Below, one piece after another: positions 36,580 to 38,219 of a stretch of DNA of 38,219 nt; the first letter of the stretch is position 1; each line of letters opens with the position of its first letter. The stretch is from Candidatus Undinarchaeota archaeon. Its GTDB lineage: Archaea > SpSt-1190. The position numbers were made by a program, and so were the translations under genes. The stretch is taken from contig CAZJUS010000004.1 in NCBI GenBank assembly GCA_964549355.1, positions 1 through 38,219 of the forward strand, in the 5' to 3' direction. The notes beneath the pieces are model-generated. The model had not been told where the DNA came from, did no database searches, and was given only the letters and a program-made list of their open reading frames with translations.

Positions 36580-37083
36580 GTGAAGAAATTAATCAAAGAC
36601 CTGGCGTGGGCTTTTTGTGTTGCCATGGCGCTCCGGCTCATCTTTGGTTTTGTCCTGGGAAGCAGATACCCCTTTGTGGCAGTCATGTCGGCGAGCATGA
36701 CCCATGATGACAGTGCACCCAACAACTATTATTTATGGATGGCCAAGCACGGATTCACAGCCCAGGACATTGCGGATATGCCTTTCCCCAACGGCTTCAA
36801 CAAAGGGGATGCTTTGATTCTGGCAGGGACCAAGCATGTGGCGGTCGGCGATGTGGTGCTCTACATAAATCCGGAGCTGGGTTATCCCATAATCCACAGG
36901 GTCGTGAATATAACCGATGACGGCTACGTAATCAAAGGCGACAGGAATCCGGCGCAGGACCCTTGGGTGGTGAAGCAGGAGTGGCTGAAGGGCAGAGCCA
37001 TACTCAGGATACCCCTCCTCGGCTGGATAAGGGTGGTGCCGACTGAGCTGGTGTACAGGTTCTCGAACACTTACCCCTTATGA
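36580..37083 (+). CDS. signal peptidase I (archaeal Sec11-type)
   Basis: N-terminal TM, catalytic Ser box VMSASM, His box and KGD.N. 167 aa. Confidence 0.7.
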   Translation: MKKLIKDLAWAFCVAMALRLIFGFVLGSRYPFVAVMSASMTHDDSAPNNYYLWMAKHGFTAQDIADMPFPNGFNKGDALILAGTKHVAVGDVVLYINPELGYPIIHRVVNITDDGYVIKGDRNPAQDPWVVKQEWLKGRAILRIPLLGWIRVVPTELVYRFSNTYPL

Positions 37084-37084
37084 C

Positions 37085-37471
37085 TCAGATGATTTCGATG
37101 TGGAAACCATCGTCTTTGATTTTTGCGAATTCCGTATTTTTGGTCACCAGCGTCAGGCCGTGGTGCTTGGTCTGGGCCAGCGAGACCAAAGCTTCAAAGG
37201 AGTAATCCATCCCCGATTCCTTTACTTTCTTGATGAGCTCTGCAACATGGATGGCGTCGTCCTTGCTGAAGTCCAGGATGTTCAGGTTGTTCAGCAGCAA
37301 CCTCAGCTTTGCATTCTTCTTTTTTTTCAGCGCCCCCGCCCCCAGGAGCTCCGCCATCTGCAGGCTTCCGGTGTAGAAGTCAACCGAATCCTCAATAATC
37401 TTGAGGACGGCCCCGTCCCCCTCCAGCAGGGCCAGCAGGGATGAAACATCAAAATAAACGGCTCTTGGCAA
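37085..37471 (-). CDS. vapC: PIN-domain ribonuclease (VapC-like toxin)
   Basis: 128 aa. Acidic residues in the PIN arrangement (YFDVSS..., ...LVTKNTEFAKI). Confidence 0.6.
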   Translation of the reverse strand: MPRAVYFDVSSLLALLEGDGAVLKIIEDSVDFYTGSLQMAELLGAGALKKKKNAKLRLLLNNLNILDFSKDDAIHVAELIKKVKESGMDYSFEALVSLAQTKHHGLTLVTKNTEFAKIKDDGFHIEII

Positions 37472-37676
37472 CTCTTTTCACCTCCAGTATGAATTTCCCT
37501 AGGTCCTTTTTTTCCTTGGCATCAATGCATCCAAAGAGCTTCCGGAGGTTCCGCCTCTTCTTCTCGACGGATTCTGAAAAAAGCTGGTCTATGACCCCAG
37601 AAAAGCTCTTTTTACCCTTTATTGTGGACAACCTATTATATACCTCGTCCCCAATCATTATATTCTTCATGCTCAA
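37449..37676 (-). CDS. vapB: putative VapB-type antitoxin
   Basis: 75 aa basic protein encoded directly upstream of vapC and overlapping it by 23 nt. A TATA-like box (tttttttatagg, minus sense) lies about 30 nt upstream. Confidence 0.45.
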   Translation of the reverse strand: MSMKNIMIGDEVYNRLSTIKGKKSFSGVIDQLFSESVEKKRRNLRKLFGCIDAKEKKDLGKFILEVKRVAKSRLF

Positions 37677-37857
37677 TATATTTGGATAATATATTTAAAG
37701 TTTGTGTGCCACCTATAAAAAAAGGTTCGACATCTGTTTTTGCTTCTTTTGTAATACAAAGTATTACTTCCTTTAAAAGCAAGACCACATTCCAGTTACA
37801 AACATCCGAAAAAGCAGCCGGAAACTCGTGTTTTCCTTTAAAAGCGGAGCGAAAAGA

Positions 37858-37866
37858 GTTTTATAC
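37858..37866 (+). promoter_or_regulatory. TATA box (ttttatac) for the downstream surface-protein gene, which has an about 85-nt structured 5' UTR and a GGAGG Shine-Dalgarno at 37964-37968
   Basis: A/T box followed by a long-range stem GGGTTCG(37894-37900)/CGAACCC(37936-37942). GGAGG lies 8 nt before the ATG at 37977. Confidence 0.4.
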
Positions 37867-37976
37867 TAGGATTCAAGGATAGACTATGTAAGAGGGTTCG
37901 CCGTTGAGTCTGACGTAGTCGGACGCGACAGGTGTCGAACCCGAAAACCTATAAACTAAAATAGGAGGGAAAAACT

Positions 37977-38219
37977 ATGCAAGAAATAAAAAACAAAATT
38001 AGGGTTGCGGCAGCAGCTCTGGCCGGTGGCCTCATGTTGGGTGCTACCATGGCTGGTGCTTTTGCAGCAAACCTCGGCGAACTGCCTGCGCCTTTCGTTG
38101 TGAACAACAACATGGCAGGGCAGATCGTAGTTGGTGCAAGTGCTACAGTGCCTGACGTAATTGCAGCGGCTCAGATCTCCGCAGCTTTGGGACAGTACAT
38201 GGTGAGTGCAAGCTCATCC
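37977..38219 (+). CDS. probable S-layer/cell-surface protein precursor, 3' truncated by the window
   Basis: MQEIKNKIRVAAAALAGGLMLGATMAGAFA/ANLGEL: a signal peptide followed by an Ala/Val/Gly-rich mature N-terminus. Strong SD and long leader suggest a highly expressed gene. Confidence 0.45.
   Translation, partial: MQEIKNKIRVAAAALAGGLMLGATMAGAFAANLGELPAPFVVNNNMAGQIVVGASATVPDVIAAAQISAALGQYMVSASSS

Overview
This is an archaeal chromosomal segment of about 50% GC, and most of it is ordinary housekeeping. The archaeal assignment rests on pelota, AMP phosphorylase, the KEOPS kinase Bud32, proteasome alpha, exosome Rrp4/41/42, Sdo1, TBP, RpoP, L37ae, prefoldin beta, GatE, archaeal-type TrpRS/AlaRS and class-III-signal pilins. 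Genes are densely packed on both strands. Several divergent gene pairs share a single A/T-rich TATA box placed about 25 nt from each start, consistent with leaderless transcripts. Other genes are translationally coupled through ATGA overlaps.

Two conserved archaeal ribosome/RNA-processing gene strings are present. One is psmA-sdo1-rrp4-rrp41-rrp42-rps2. The other, separate, is rpl37ae-rpoP-pfdB-(small conserved protein)-sepF-like-zpr1-like-tbp.

Accessory-looking content:
- A minus-strand operon of three small class-III-signal (type IV pilin-like) proteins, preceded by a coiled-coil protein and followed directly by bud32.
- A second, large pilin-like protein in operon with a lipoprotein.
- A truncated HerA-type ATPase at the left edge.
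- A DUF2419/QNG1-like queuosine-salvage hydrolase homolog.
- An orphan Memo (AmmeMemoRadiSam B) gene beside a divergent M16-like peptidase and a DedA membrane protein.
- A bacterial-type (GAD-domain) AspRS.
- A vapBC pair.
- A probable S-layer/surface protein gene at the right edge, carrying a Shine-Dalgarno sequence and a long structured 5' UTR.

The most unusual locus is the tRNA cluster at 23.2-23.8 kb. Divergent tRNA-Gly(GCC) and tRNA-Val(UAC) genes, plus a downstream tRNA-Leu(UAA), are bracketed by two direct copies of a composite element. The element has an identical 30-nt left arm containing a 6-bp hairpin, a variable-sequence internal hairpin, and an identical 11-nt right arm. A 22-nt direct duplication of the tRNA-Gly 3' end lies just outside one copy. 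This looks like either an integration/recombination scar with att-like repeats or an undescribed tRNA-associated structured repeat family.

No CRISPR array, rRNA or obvious transposase was seen. Coordinates near long homopolymer runs may be off by 1 nt. One such case was detected at the A-run near 29880 and resolved using the ORF track.
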